NCBI RefSeq assembly: GCF_001194135.2
Contig: NC_068992.1
Coordinates: 53,126,780 to 53,190,779, forward strand
Direction: 5' to 3'
Origin: Octopus bimaculoides
Taxonomy: Eukaryota
DNA: 64,000 nt
Positions 39,634-53,044 of this stretch are shown in pieces. The translations under genes and the position numbers were made by a program. The stretch's first letter is position 1. Every line of letters begins with the position of its first letter. The notes under the pieces were generated by a model. It was not told where the DNA came from and did not search any database. It saw nothing but the letters and a program-made list of their open reading frames with translations.

Positions 39634-39902
39634 ATATGAAAGAATGAGTAGAGATGGCTTTAACTCAGTGTAAACATCATTATCACAAGTAAAATAAAAA
39701 TTATCCTATCAAAAGAGACATCTCTACTCATTTTTTCAAATATATATAATACTGTTCCAAGAACTTTCTCTTTATTATTCTACTATATATATGTGTGTGT
39801 TTGTTTGTTTATGTATATATATGTATGTACGTAACTATATGGATACATATATTTATCTATGTAGTGTATATGTATATATGTATTTATATATATCAGTCAC
39901 TT

Positions 39903-40080
39903 ACTTTGGTTGAAGGCCAGCGATTTTGGGGGAAATGATAAATCGATTGCATCAACCTAGTGCCCTACTGGTATTTATTTTATCGAACCTCATATGATGA
40001 AAAGCAAAGTCGACATCGGTGCAATTTGAACTCAATAGGCAGAGTATTTTCCCCGGCGTGCTAATAGTTCTGGCAGTCTC
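39903..40080 (-). mobile_element. SINE family B
   Basis: GGCCAGCGATTTTGGGGG...CTGGTATTTATTTTATCGA...GCAAAGTCGACATCGGTGCAATTTGAACTCA...CCCGGCGTGCTAA. Confidence 0.85.
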
Positions 40081-40327
40081 CAGAACTATATATGTAGATA
40101 TATTGAAATATTTGTGTGTATGTGTGTATTTGGGCCTATGTGTGAGTGTCTGTAAGTGTGTGTATGTGGGGATTGTCACTATCATCTCAATGATGAGACA
40201 CATGAAAGTTTAAAAAATTTAGACAGGGAAATATATTTTACATAAGGATAAATGAGATTCTATATTGGATACTTCCCATGACTAATCTTTCGCGGTATAC
40301 TTCAATTCCTACCACCAATAATTCATA

Positions 40328-40700
40328 GGCGCAGGAGTGGCTGTGTGGTAAGTAGCTTGCTTACCAACCACATGATTCTGGGTTCAGTTCCACTGCGTGG
40401 AACCTTGAGCAAGTGTCTTCTTCTATAGCCTCGGGCCGACAAAAGCCTTGTGAGTGGATTTGGTAGGCGGAAACTGAAAGAAGCCCGTCGTATATATATA
40501 TATATGTATATATATATATGTATGTGTTTGTGTGTCTGTGTTTGTCCCCCCAACATCGCTTGACAACTGATGCTGGTGTGTTTACGTCCCCGTAACTTAG
40601 CGGTTCGGCAGAAAAGACCGATAGAATAAGTACTAGGCTTCCAAAGAATAAGTCCTGGGGTCGATTTTCTCGACTAAAGGCGGTGCTCCAGCATGGCCGC
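40328..40700 (+). mobile_element. SINE family A, near full length and well preserved
   Basis: Pol III A-box TGGCTGTGTGG, B-box GGTTCAGTTCC, body GTGGATTTGGTAGGCGGAAACTGAAAGAAGCCCGTCG, internal (TA)/(TG) and 3' AAAGGCGGTGCTCCAGCATGGCCGC. It runs into a gap. Confidence 0.95.
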
Positions 40701-41221
40701 NNNNNNNNNNNNNNNNNNNNNNNNNNNNNNNNNNNNNNNNNNNNNNNNNNNNNNNNNNNNNNNNNNNNNNNNNNNNNNNNNNNNNNNNNNNNNNNNNNNN
40801 NNNNNNNNNNNNNNNNNNNNNNNNNNNNNNNNNNNNNNNNNNNNNNNNNNNNNNNNNNNNNNNNNNNNNNNNNNNNNNNNNNNNNNNNNNNNNNNNNNNN
40901 NNNNNNNNNNNNNNNNNNNNNNNNNNNNNNNNNNNNNNNNNNNNNNNNNNNNNNNNNNNNNNNNNNNNNNNNNNNNNNNNNNNNNNNNNNNNNNNNNNNN
41001 NNNNNNNNNNNNNNNNNNNNNNNNNNNNNNNNNNNNNNNNNNNNNNNNNNNNNNNNNNNNNNNNNNNNNNNNNNNNNNNNNNNNNNNNNNNNNNNNNNNN
41101 NNNNNNNNNNNNNNNNNNNNNNNNNNNNNNNNNNNNNNNNNNNNNNNNNNNNNNNNNNNNNNNNNNNNNNNNNNNNNNNNNNNNNNNNNNNNNNNNNNNN
41201 NNNNNNNNNNNNNNNNNNNNN

Positions 41222-41265
<44 letters not shown>

Positions 41266-43999
41266 GTATGTTTATAAGATTGAATGGTAGATAGATAGAT
41301 AGATAGATAGATTATCAAGCGAACCATCATCGTTCGCTCTGTACCACTCTGCACATTAAATTTCGGGGTATTCACATATGCGTATGAATATTCACACACA
41401 TATATATTTGTGACTATATATATGCAAATATGTAGATGTGTACGTATATATGTAAGTAGGTATGAACATTTCTACGCATTTCTTTATGAAAATATTAAGA
41501 AAGTTGTGTGCGTGTTTACAGTACAGAATTATATTATATTGTTATATTCAATCCCGCTAATGTACCCGCATGTGTTTGAAAATCTGGCACAAGTATTGAT
41601 CTCTGCTGATAATAAATTTAATAGAAATTCAATTTTTATTAAATTGTTTGATAGCAAAAATGAAACAACCGAACCATACTTAACAATAGAGATAAATATG
41701 AGGTTATATCAAATCATATCCAAGAAACAAATCTTATCTATGATATTTATATCTCTTTTAGAATCACTATTAATATCCTTATGAATAGCTTCAGTTATTT
41801 CATGCCAGAGTAAGTTATTTAGAAGGCGGAACCAACAAGTTACACTTGGACTAACTTTGGCAAAAGAATACAAGGAAAAATCTCATTGTTATATTAATTG
41901 TTACTGTCGTTAAAACTTATATCTCGTTGCCCTTTGCTGTTAGACAGGTCACTGGCTACAGGCGGTGTTGTGTGGAATTCTTAGCAGCAGTCATTGAAAC
42001 AAGAACCAATACTGGATTATCTACACATTCAAATTTATCGCTTGCTTTACGATCACGTGCAAATATCGATCTGTTTAATAGCATTGTTAATTATAAATTA
42101 GGTAAAATATCTGGACAATTACTAGACAATTCCGTTGCACTCATCGTCGAATCCCACTACACTGGTTTTCCATTTCGTTATCATACATATTCTAGTGATT
42201 AATATATTCAATCTCTAATTGTGTTTATTGATGAAAGGAAAGACAGCTCAGGAAGTGTGAATGCCCGCGTGAAGTGTGAAGTGTTTCAATAGAATCTTTT
42301 GTTAAGCGATTAATGTTCTTATTTTTATTAATGTTATTGTTTAACTCCAGGTTAGCCCTGATTGAGGAGAATCCTTATTACGGGGAAATTAGACCCGGCA
42401 CAATGAATGAATCAAGACACTATCCAATGATCTATGTATTGGAAAACAGTCGCGTGAGATCAGAAGAAAAATTAGTTGCTAGATTTAGCAAGTCTACCAA
42501 CAGTGAAGTTGCGCACAACTTAAGTAACCACTTTAAATTAAGGAGGTTCAACGATCCAAATATTTAGGCAGGAATAATTTTTTAGTATATCATTGTATAT
42601 TTGTAACATATATGATGATAATACACAAATAGATATCAACCGGCATAGATATTATCTCAAATGAGGCTATATAATGTTACACACTAGTTATTCCGGAATA
42701 CACTTGTTGTTCCGGAATTACTATGGTAACTATAGGTTGCGTATATATATATTATGAAACTTTACTGAGACAAGTGAAATGTGCATCAAGCTTATAAAAC
42801 TTCAGCTAATTCGATGAGATTAATTAGAAAATATTACCATGCAGAAACCACAAAGGAGCACTGGTTGTATATATGCATTATNNNNNNNNNNNNNNNNNNN
42901 NNNNNNNNNNNNNNNNNNNNNNNNNNNNNNNNNNNNNNNNNNNNNNNNNNNNNNNNNNNNNNNNNNNNNNNNNNNNNNNNNNNNNNNNNNNNNNNNNNNN
43001 NNNNNNNNNNNNNNNNNNNNNNNNNNNNNNNNNNNNNNNNNNNNNNNNNNNNNNNNNNNNNNNNNNNNNNNNNNNNNNNNNNNNNNNNNNNNNNNNNNNN
43101 NNNNNNNNNNNNNNNNNNNNNNNNNNNNNNNNNNNNNNNNNNNNNNNNNNNNNNNNNNNNNNNNNNNNNNNNNNNNNNNNNNNNNNNNNNNNNNNNNNNN
43201 NNNNNNNNNNNNNNNNNNNNNNNNNNNNNNNNNNNNNNNNNNNNNNNNNNNNNNNNNNNNNNNNNNNNNNNNNNNNNNNNNNNNNNNNNNNNNNNNNNNN
43301 NNNNNNNNNNNNNNNNNNNNNNNNNNNNNNNNNNNNNNNNNNNNNNNNNNNNNNNNNNNNNNNNNNNNNNNNNNNNNNNNNNNNNNNNNNNNNNNNNNNN
43401 NNNNNNNNNNNNNNNNNNNNNNNNNNNNNNNNNNNNNNNNNNNNNNNNNNNNNNNNNNNNNNNNNNNNNNNNNNNNNNNNNNNNNNNNNNNNNNNNNNNN
43501 NNNNNNNNNNNNNNNNNNNNNNNNNNNNNNNNNNNNNNNNNNNNNNNNNNNNNNNNNNNNNNNNNNNNNNNNNNNNNNNNNNNNNNNNNNNNNNNNNNNN
43601 NNNNNNNNNNNNNNNNNNNNNNNNNNNNNNNNNNATGTATATATATTATGTATGCATATAGATAGACGGATTACGTATATAAAAATTGTAGTAACACTTT
43701 CTAGCATAGAACAAACCATGTTTCTGATGGATATATAATATATACATATATGGGAAATAATTGAGATTTAGTTGAATTAGGTACTGAAGTTGAGGCACCA
43801 AGTCAGTCCGGCATTATCCTCACAGCTCGAAGTAAGGTGAATAAAATCAAAATAAGCAACAGGATATCAAGTAGTGATGCTGTACTACCGTTTCATGCGA
43901 TTTCATTAACTGAACAATGCAATTTATATGCACAAATAGATAAATGGAATTTTAACAAATAGAAGACATTAATATTTTTCTCAAATAATGCATAAGAGA

Positions 44000-44695
44000 T
44001 TAATTCTTATTTTGTTCTTTATTGAAATTACACTTGCACTCCATACTTTTTTTTAACAGGTGGAAAGCTGTCCTTGCCTTACTTATTCTCGTCTTAATAT
44101 CTTCGTCGGTGCCGCCTGAGATCGTTATCTTACTACCTAAATACGTAAATTCGGCTACATCCTCTACTTCACCGGTTTCTAGCTTAATACGTTCGCTGTT
44201 TTCTTCATTGACGTGCATAATTTTTGATTTGTCGCGGTTGAGTTTCAATCCTAGTTTGGCAGCTACTGCTTCTAATTTTGACGTTTTATTTTGCATTTGG
44301 CTATATGTTTGTGAAAGTAGCGCTATATCATCTGCAAAGTCGAGATCTAGAGCTTCTGCATCCCTTCATTCAATGCCTGTTTGGATTTCAATTGTAGTTT
44401 CCTTCATAATCCAATCTATAACTAGTAGAAATAAAAAGGGAGAAAGCATGCAGCCCTGTCGAACTCCTGTTTTTACTTCGAATTTATCCGTAGCTCCGTT
44501 TCCATACACGACTCGGCATGACATTCCTTGGTAAGTTGCTCTTATTATAGATATATACTAGTCTGGTATGACGTAGTGCTGCATAATTCTCCATAAGCCT
44601 TCTCTATCTACACTATCGAATGCTTTTTCGAAATCAATAAAACTAATATAAAGCGGTGCATTCCACTCTGCGCTTTGCTCTAAGATGCTCTAAAT
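44000..44695 (-). mobile_element. RTE-clade LINE reverse transcriptase fragment
   Basis: ILEQSAEWNAPLYISFIDFEKAFDSVDREGLW...VKTGVRQGCMLSPFLFLLVIDWIM...LDLDFADDIALLS...FTYLGSKITISGGTDEDIKTRISKARTAF. About 230 codons with two stops and a late frameshift. Confidence 0.95.
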
Positions 44696-45119
44696 TCTAC
44701 GGAATTTAATGTTTTTGGCCGTGAACTGATATTCAAGATTATTCGTTATCAGTTCTATGTATCCGTCTTTATACAGGTGTCTACTTTTGGCTAAAAACCT
44801 ATGCAAATCTCTGTTGATTCAACAGAAGTAACATGTTACAGGACTCGATACAAATATTGAGTATATTCTAATACATTATAATTGAAAGGCTCTGATTTCC
44901 AGTACTCGGAGTTGCTCGATTCCGATCAACAGCCGTTAAACTGACGAACCAGGTTTTATTTTGAACATCCGCTGTCTTGAATATATTTTGGAAAGTGAAA
45001 TTAAAGTTTGCTGAAGACGCTTATCCTTATGCCCCTTCGTTTAAAAACATTTGTGAACGCCACTTGCAAAATCAGCTGCTTCATGCTCACGCGTTCGGTT
45101 TCACTTCTTATACGAACGC

Positions 45120-45213
<94 letters not shown>

Positions 45214-45538
45214 GCAGACAAAATAACTACAACAGGGATTCGTAAGAATATAATATACCCCTTCCTTAGCTTCAACCTGTTACTGCAATAAGGAAGTCTG
45301 CACAAATTGTCGAATGCCATGTCACATGTCATATTTCGGAGCGTGCATAACACTAGTTGTCTTGTAAATCATTTTTTACTCTATGTTATGCTGCATAGAT
45401 ATTTTGTGATGCATGGAGATTAGACGTTAGTTAATTAAAACTGTCTCACGTCTGGATTCTAGTAATAATATAACTTAGAAGTGCATTAAGCTCTAACAAC
45501 ATGTTATTATTCAAGCTGTAGCAAGCGTAATTTTGAAA

Positions 45539-45547
<9 letters not shown>

Positions 45548-45626
<79 letters not shown>
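45548..45626. repeat. (CA)n microsatellite
   Basis: Direct reading. Confidence 0.97.
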
Positions 45627-45628
<2 letters not shown>

Positions 45629-45661
45629 ACATAAATAAATACATACATGCATACATACATA

Positions 45662-45974
45662 CAGTGTGACTGAAAAGTAACTCCCTATTTTAAAATACTT
45701 ATAAATAATTTATTAATTGTAATTTATTTCTCAAATTTTTGTTTGATTTTTGAAGAATGTGAATTTAATTTATAATCGTATTGCTCTTGTCGTACGTGTA
45801 TAGCTGAATGCCCACTGCTCTGAGGAATGGACAGGTTGTCGTGGTCTGATTCAGCGGCCAACCAGGAGTCCCTACGTAACACACTGGAAATTCTTTCTTT
45901 GGGGTTGGTGAACGGAACAAGTCTACTGTACCAAACCAGAGTCTTTGGAAGGGAGTTACTTTTCAATTACATTG
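45662..45974 (+). mobile_element. Tc1/mariner-type MITE (313 bp) with 25-bp TIRs and TA target duplication
   Basis: TIRs CAGTGTGACTGAAAAGTAACTCCCT / AGGGAGTTACTTTTCAATTACATTG (22/25), TA on both sides. Interior WTGCRGLIQRPTRSPYVTHWKFFLWG resembles RWIGRxGxxxWPPRSPDLTPLDFFLWG. Confidence 0.9.
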
Positions 45975-46008
<34 letters not shown>

Positions 46009-46294
46009 TGTATGTATGTATGCATGTATGTACATATATGTGTGCGTGTTTCTGTGTATGCGTGCATACATGTATTATGCATGTAAGTATGTATATCTTT
46101 ATTCAGTTTTATTTCGAGATTTCTTGCCATTAAAGAGATACTTTCTAACCTATATCCAAGGCTCTTCAATGGACTTACAACTTCAACAACAGCGTATTTT
46201 TGTATTTATTTATATATGAATGTATGTCTGTACGCATGTATGTATGTATTATGTATGTATATCTGTATGTATGTACCTATGTATGTATGTATAC

Positions 46295-46770
46295 GTGCAG
46301 ACTTGTATTTTGTTTTTTGCATGTCTTCTCCTGCATATATTTACATATCTAGACATGCTCGTATATACTTAATGAACTTCTGGAATGTTTTACAGACTTT
46401 TAGAGTTCCAGTGACGGATTGGATCTGTAGTCTTCAAATCAGCTTTCTCCTTTGTCCTTTTGGGAAGCCTAATTTCTCAAAATTGGTATTTAGGCAGTGT
46501 GTTACATATATCAGTGCCCCAATAATTACAGGTATAAATCTGAACTTATAATCTGGATATGTATGTATGCAACCAGAAATATATTAAGTATCGGGAAACT
46601 GGAAGTAGCCTTATTTCATCTGATCCACTGGATTTGTTATCCATTCCTGGCTTCTAATTTCTCTGTGTTTTATTTTCAAATATCTTTAAAGTCAACTTAG
46701 CCGTTCGTCGACAAAATTCGGACCAGTCACATAATTGTGAATTTTCCTTATTCCTTCTTCTTCTTGTATG
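46295..46770 (-). mobile_element. R4/Dong-like (RLE) LINE 3' fragment
   Basis: Minus strand 46559-46370: YPDYKFRFIPVIIGALIYVTHCLNTNFEKLGF...LQIQSVTGTLKVCKTFQKFI, an RLE C-terminal pattern (PxxIGALG...LQ...xxGT). Confidence 0.75.
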
Positions 46771-49700
46771 TCTTGTAGTATTTGGCTGTATATATAAAAT
46801 ATTGAGTAATTACAACTTTTATATCGAAAATTAGGGTCTATTTTGCATTAGTTGTTCCAAAATATGAAATTATAGACAGAAAGGTGCCATGGTTTTTGAC
46901 AGAATGTCTTTAGGACTTCGAGCTGTCTTTAATCAACAGTGACAACGTTTCCTGAGAGAGATAAGAAAGAAAGACAGAGAGAGAAATGTCATTGTCTACA
47001 ATTATCTAAGATGTGTGTGTGTGTGTGTTTATATATATGTATGTGCGTGTGTGTATGTATATATATATGTATACGCATTATTAAACAATGTAATTTTCAA
47101 ATATCGAATTTCAGACAAGTGAAGCAGACAATTTTTTCTGCTTAACAAAATCATCATGATATCCACTCAGACTTGATGAACATTTATAAGAATTTGCTTC
47201 AGGCAAGTTTTGTGTTTTATTACATATCTATATATTTATTTATTTATTTAATGAATGTTACATGTCTGTCTTCTAATCTAAAGTACCTTTCAAATATCCC
47301 AATTTCTTCTAAGAATTTCGAATAAAATTTGATATCTGTTATTAATTGCTACCACAAACGTTCAGTGAAAGTACGTTTCTTGCGTTCTTTTCGTTTTGTG
47401 CACAGGTGAAAGTTTTGTTTGCTAGTGAGGTAATTTAGTTTAAGGATAGACACTATTTCATCGTAAGTCACTGAACAGTGTAGATTATTGATCAACGAAT
47501 TTGCAGGCTTTATATTGAATCCTGCTGAAGTATCACGAATAATGTTGTTAGAATGGACTGCTCACACATGACGAGAAATGTTCTGTTCCAGCTGTATACG
47601 TAATGACATTTAAAATGGTTTAAAGAATGATATAATACGTACATGTATATATGTGTGCTTCTCTGTATGTGCGTGCTCGTTATACATGCAAATGTTGCAT
47701 TGTATTTTAAATCGCATTGAACAGTCATTCTTTTGTGAGCAATGAGATACAATTTCTGCTCAATAATGCCGTTGATATAAGGAGAGCTAGGATTAGAATG
47801 AAATAAATTTCCCGATACCTCCATATTATCTAGGACGTGAATACATATACCCATACCATTCCTTGTCAAATAAATACAGAAGAGAAACAAATCACTTTAA
47901 ATAGGTGAATGAAATACCTGCCTTTGCTTTAGCTTGTGAGTAATTATATTCGTGTTTTATTTTTATATTTCTTTTTATTTTATTTCATTGCGTTTTCACT
48001 TCAATACTCCTACGCGTGTTTGAGATGGGAAGTGCTATCCACAGCTTTCTGAACATAATTGTTAGAAATTTAGTTTCTCCGTTACGTGCATGTCAATGCT
48101 ATTACGGAAAGCCTAATTTGGAGGCACCCTTTCAGTCCATCATCTTACCGTGACTCAATTAAAGCGAAGATAATTCTTTTTAATTTAGTCATTATAGAAC
48201 ACATATTAGATACCGGCATACAAATATACTAAGTCATTTACAGTTTAAATGCAGCATTAAATGCAAAAATAGGAGAATACCTGTAGGCACTTACGTGACA
48301 AATCAAATATCTTTATTATCAACTGAAATGTAATCTATGTAAAGTAACATTTGCATCAGAATTTTATCATATAATCGTTTTGAATATACGAAACACTGTA
48401 TTCCTTGTTTAAATACTCTGCCTAATTTAGCAAACTCCCCTTACATTGTGATCTCAAATGTATGTAGTATCGATGTCTCACGTTTCATTATTTCAGAACT
48501 CAGAAAATACATACTTGAAAGATAGCGTCATTATTCCTAATGCTTTCATCAAAATTTACCACACTAAGACAATGGAAATTTTACAAAAACATATTGGATA
48601 TATTAGTTATCATTTCTCTATAATTAAATCAATTACCTTTATAGCAAACTGATATAGCTCTTAAATACACAGGTAAATTTAATCATGCTTACTCTTTCTC
48701 TCATAGTTTCTACTGATTGTTGGAAACGAATATTTGCCCTGGTGATTTATAAAGATACGTTATATTCTTCCTCAATACTCAAAAAAAAATGAAGGACCAT
48801 TAACTATTCTACTTGGTGTTGTTAACCTTAACATCGATTTGTTATAGAGACACAGCGTTACATATTGATTAGTGATTCAAACAGAATGATCTGATAATCA
48901 TAATGTTTTTTAAGACTATTAATATTATAACTAAAGTGGAATAGCTTCAAACACGCTATTTATATTATGTCGTTCAGTGATTAACTTTTATTGTGGCGAG
49001 TTCAATATAAATTTGGTTAATATTGATTTCATTCTTAGAACTAGAACCATATATCCATAGAGAAGCGCTAAATGAAAAGTTGTTTCAGTAAAGTGAATTA
49101 ATTTAAAGCCATAATCGAAGTGCTATTGAGATGTTCACTAAATAGAAGCATATTTCTTGTTAAATGACACCATTGCTTTCTTGGAAGGTCTGACGAGTGT
49201 TCAATTACGTGAAAATATGTAGTGAGATGCGCATCTAAAGAAATAACTATTCTTGTGTTGTTTAAGGGTTGTCAGAAGTTAGGTAGAGCAGATATATATA
49301 AATCTAGCAGATATAAACAATGTTATGTATATACGTAAATACATATGCACACAAACATATAATCATAAACACACAAATGCATAGAGATATATGTACGTGC
49401 ACATATAGGTATGAGTGTATGCGTATAAGTGCGTCTGTTTTCTTTCTGTGTGTGTATGTGTCTTGTTTGTGTATTTATATGATAGTTGGTAGGCAGGGAG
49501 ACACAATTCCTGCTGAAATTGTCAGCTTTGGAATAATAGCTATAGTAGATTGCACATAGGATCTTCAGACTTGCATGTTTACTATTGATTACAGCCATGA
49601 TATACATATGTGTATGTCGAAGAGTGATCGAACAGGTCATTTTTAGAGGATAACGTCGCTTTACAATCACAACCAATATATTACTATCATTAAGATATTT

Positions 49701-50721
49701 GCTTTGCCGATTACCGGTAAAGACAGTATACAAATATTCTCACAGAATCATCCACGAAAGTTGTGAATACATATGAGATAACACACGACTGTAAAAGCAT
49801 TAAAGCTGCAAACACTGTGAAAATTTTTTGGTATACAAAATAAGTGATATCTACTTGTAAATAACTAAAAGAAAGAAAACAAATGAAATTATTTTTTATA
49901 TAATGTAAATATCAAATAGCCAGATATCTCATTGTTTTAAGTTTAGCATTATTGTGACATAATGCCGTGGTTAGCCAGATAGAATCACTGCGTCAGATTA
50001 CAGGTTGTTTGTAGAAGAATAAATAAATCGTCTCTCATTTGTCAACTTAGTCCATCTAGCTCCAATTAGATTCTGTAAGTATATAGAAAATATCATTGGG
50101 AATCTAAATCTGTAGCAATATATCCTACTGATTTGAAACATTATATGTGTGAAAAACATAAAACAAAGTGCGGCTATAATGACTCAAATTTGACAGTCAT
50201 TACTCAATAACTTCAGCTTACAATGATTCAAACACAATATTATACAATGTGCAATATTAGATTGGTCATATGCTCTTAAGAGATACAAGATTACTAAAAA
50301 TTACAGTCATTTTATATATTATGTAGTTGAATGCTTGTATATGTAGAATCGATATTAGAGAATGGCTAAGTTAACTTCGGCAATACCTGATCGAGAGTTT
50401 GGTCTTAATGTGAGTTAACTGGGGAAATATCATTTTTCAGTTTTATCCTGGCCAATATATGTCAGTAAAACAGGGTGGATGGACACTGGAGAGAAACACG
50501 TCAGCTGGATGGCGCCAATAATTTAAAAAGCTTAGCCTTTGTTGCCTAGCGTGAGACGGTGATTCTAAAGGAGAATTATAATAAGGGTACATGTATTTGT
50601 GGAATACTCATCCACTTACAAGTAATTAATTCTTTTATTTTTTAAAATTATGATAAACAATGTTCTTTTTTAATCTAAAATATACTCTCCTTCATTTTCT
50701 ACAATGTTGTTCCATCTAAAT

Positions 50722-50900
50722 GCAGCGAGCTGGCAGAAACGTTAGCACACCGGGCGAAATTCTTAGCGGTATTCCCTTGTTCTGAGTTCAAATTCCACTG
50801 AGGTCGACTTTGCCTTTCATCCTTTCAGCATCGATTATTTAAGTACCAGTTCCGCACTGGGGTTGTCCTAATTGACTGACGTCCTAATTGACTGACAAAT
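50722..50900 (+). mobile_element. SINE family B
   Basis: GCAGCGAGCTGGCAGAAACGTTAGCACACCGGGCGAAA...GAGTTCAAATTCCACTGAGGTCGACTTTGCCTTTCATCCTTTC. Confidence 0.92.
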
Positions 50901-52289
50901 TTCTACACAGCTTCATGTACTTTGAGAGAGTGAAGAAATTATTTGATTGGTTTTTCATTTCATATGATTTTATTAGCTCCAAGTCAAAGAAATTCGAGTG
51001 GTAAGAAATAAATTCACCATCTAGGGGAATGTCGCTAAATCACACCGCCACACTAAATTTAAATGATGATGCAAGCTTTGGTTGTATATCAAGACACTTA
51101 GAATATCAATAGATTCGTTTGCCAATTAACACCACGCTATTGTTACCGTATCACATATCGAAATTATTTCACTCTCTCTCTCTCGTACTTTCTGTCTATT
51201 ACTCTTCTATATTTATCGGGACTCCAATTCCTCCGAATCGTTTTGTTTCGATCTGAAAATAGCCATTTTTATAGTTGCCATAATGATTTAAATGCGATAC
51301 AAAAATCAAATGCAGGCAAAATGCACTTTTACCGAAATACACCTTAGATCTGAACCATTCATAATGACTCTTTATGAAGTTGAAGAACTCATTTGACTAG
51401 CTAATCTAATTAACCGAGCTTTGTTTCTGATAGTCTATCGCCATAGCATAGATTAATATTTAACTATTTGAAATATTCCTACAGTATTATATTGTGGTCT
51501 TGTTACTTATCCGTATTAATCATTACCCATTCTAAGCAAATTAAAATCAGAAAGGTATCCTTGTGAAGGCTAGATGCCAATAGAAAAGACGTTTAATGCA
51601 AGTATTTATTTACGATTGATGCAAAGATTTCGTTATTGTATCAAGTTTAGTAACACATGGATAAATTAATTTTTAAAGTGCTTTGTGATATTTGATCAAA
51701 TACTACAGTTGATCAGATATAATATGTGGAAGATCTTAGAACTGATCAACTTTCACAGTTGATCAGATAATATATCGAAGAGCTTTGAATGCACTTTAAT
51801 ATTACTAAAGAAAATTTTGATTATAAGCATATGCATGGATAATTTTAGTGTCAGAGATTTGATTCAAATGTCCGCCTGATTTAATTATTTTCTGTGCGTT
51901 TGCTGCATGTATCTGTGTAATATTTGTAATTGCTCTGCTTTGTATATATTCATTTATACTTATTTAAATTTATTAATTTCATACATGTTCATCCATCGAC
52001 CATCACATCAATACGTATTTCTATTTCTCTATGTCTCTGTTACTCTTTCATATGAGTGTGAATGTGCGTGTGTGTTTGTGTGTAAATATATATATACCCA
52101 CATATATGTCTGCGTAAGTCCGTCTATATGATCAGTATCATCATCATTCTCATTATCACCAGCATCATTATCATCATAATCATCATCCTTATCACCATAG
52201 TGATCACAGCACTGTGTATCTGCCTGCTATTTGTTTTCCTCTATTATTGTGTAGCAAATGATCCCGGTATTATAAGTATGGTGTCTCAG

Positions 52290-53044
52290 TGACATTTTTG
52301 CAGAGCGTGTTCCTGATTGAGCTACGGCTCTGTCGTGTCTTTTTCGGTCCACTGTGACGACTACTGCTTCGTCTCAGGATCGTATCCGTTGACCCAAATC
52401 TCGTCAGTGGTCCTGATCCTTGATTGAAGGATAGATCATCAGTAAAATGGTGCCGGAATTCTTGACAAAGACGCGGGGTTCTTTGTGCTTCCTGGTCCGC
52501 AGGCGGGAGAACGTGGCAGAGATATGCTGCATGTTCAATTCAGACGTTGGGATTGCCTGCACGGATCCATACATCAGACCAACAACATCAGCAATGTAGT
52601 TGATAGTCATCCAACAATCCTTATGCACAAGCTGATGAATTCTCACATTTCTAGCTGTGACGCACGTGGCAAGTCTTCCATGTTGCTCATCGTCTTCCAG
52701 GGATGTTCTTCCGCTTCTTAAACGTCCGTGCCACTCAGAACATTGCGTACGACCAATTGTCACGTCACCATAAGCTTTCCGAAGTATGTTCAATGTCTCT
52801 GTAGCAGACGTGCCAAGTTTAACGCAAAATTTCATGTTGGCTCTTTGTTTCAACTCTCTGTCTTTGACAAAATCTCAGACTACAGTATACAGATGATCAC
52901 AAAAACACAAATTAACAAGTCGCAAATTTAACCCAGCTATCTCACTCGGCACACTGCCCCATGAAGGTCACTGATAACTCTTACTGCGCACTCAACATCG
53001 TGCTGATATCTGTAGAACTAGTCCGCGAACGTTTTGTTACCACG
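52290..53044 (-). mobile_element. Mariner element 5' part with transposase pseudogene
   Basis: 5' TIR CGTGGTAACAAAACGTTCGCGGAC with TA at 53045-46. ORF KQRANMKFCVKLGTSATETLNILRKAYGD...EWHGRLRSGRTSLEDDE, then DEIWVNGYDPETKQ*SSQW. Confidence 0.92.

Noticed and set aside
40323-40556. ORFs ending ...KVPRSGTEPR..WLVSKLLTT (also 26726-26986, 25811-26131)
   Set aside because: Antisense translation of SINE family A, not a gene family.
41927-42567. 91-aa and 84-aa ORFs (also 47510-47890, 38516-38812, 34085-34447)
   Set aside because: No recognisable domain, splice context or codon signal.
42689-42717. Two TTCCGGAA palindromes about 20 bp apart (ETS/STAT-like)
   Set aside because: Too short to distinguish from chance without functional data.
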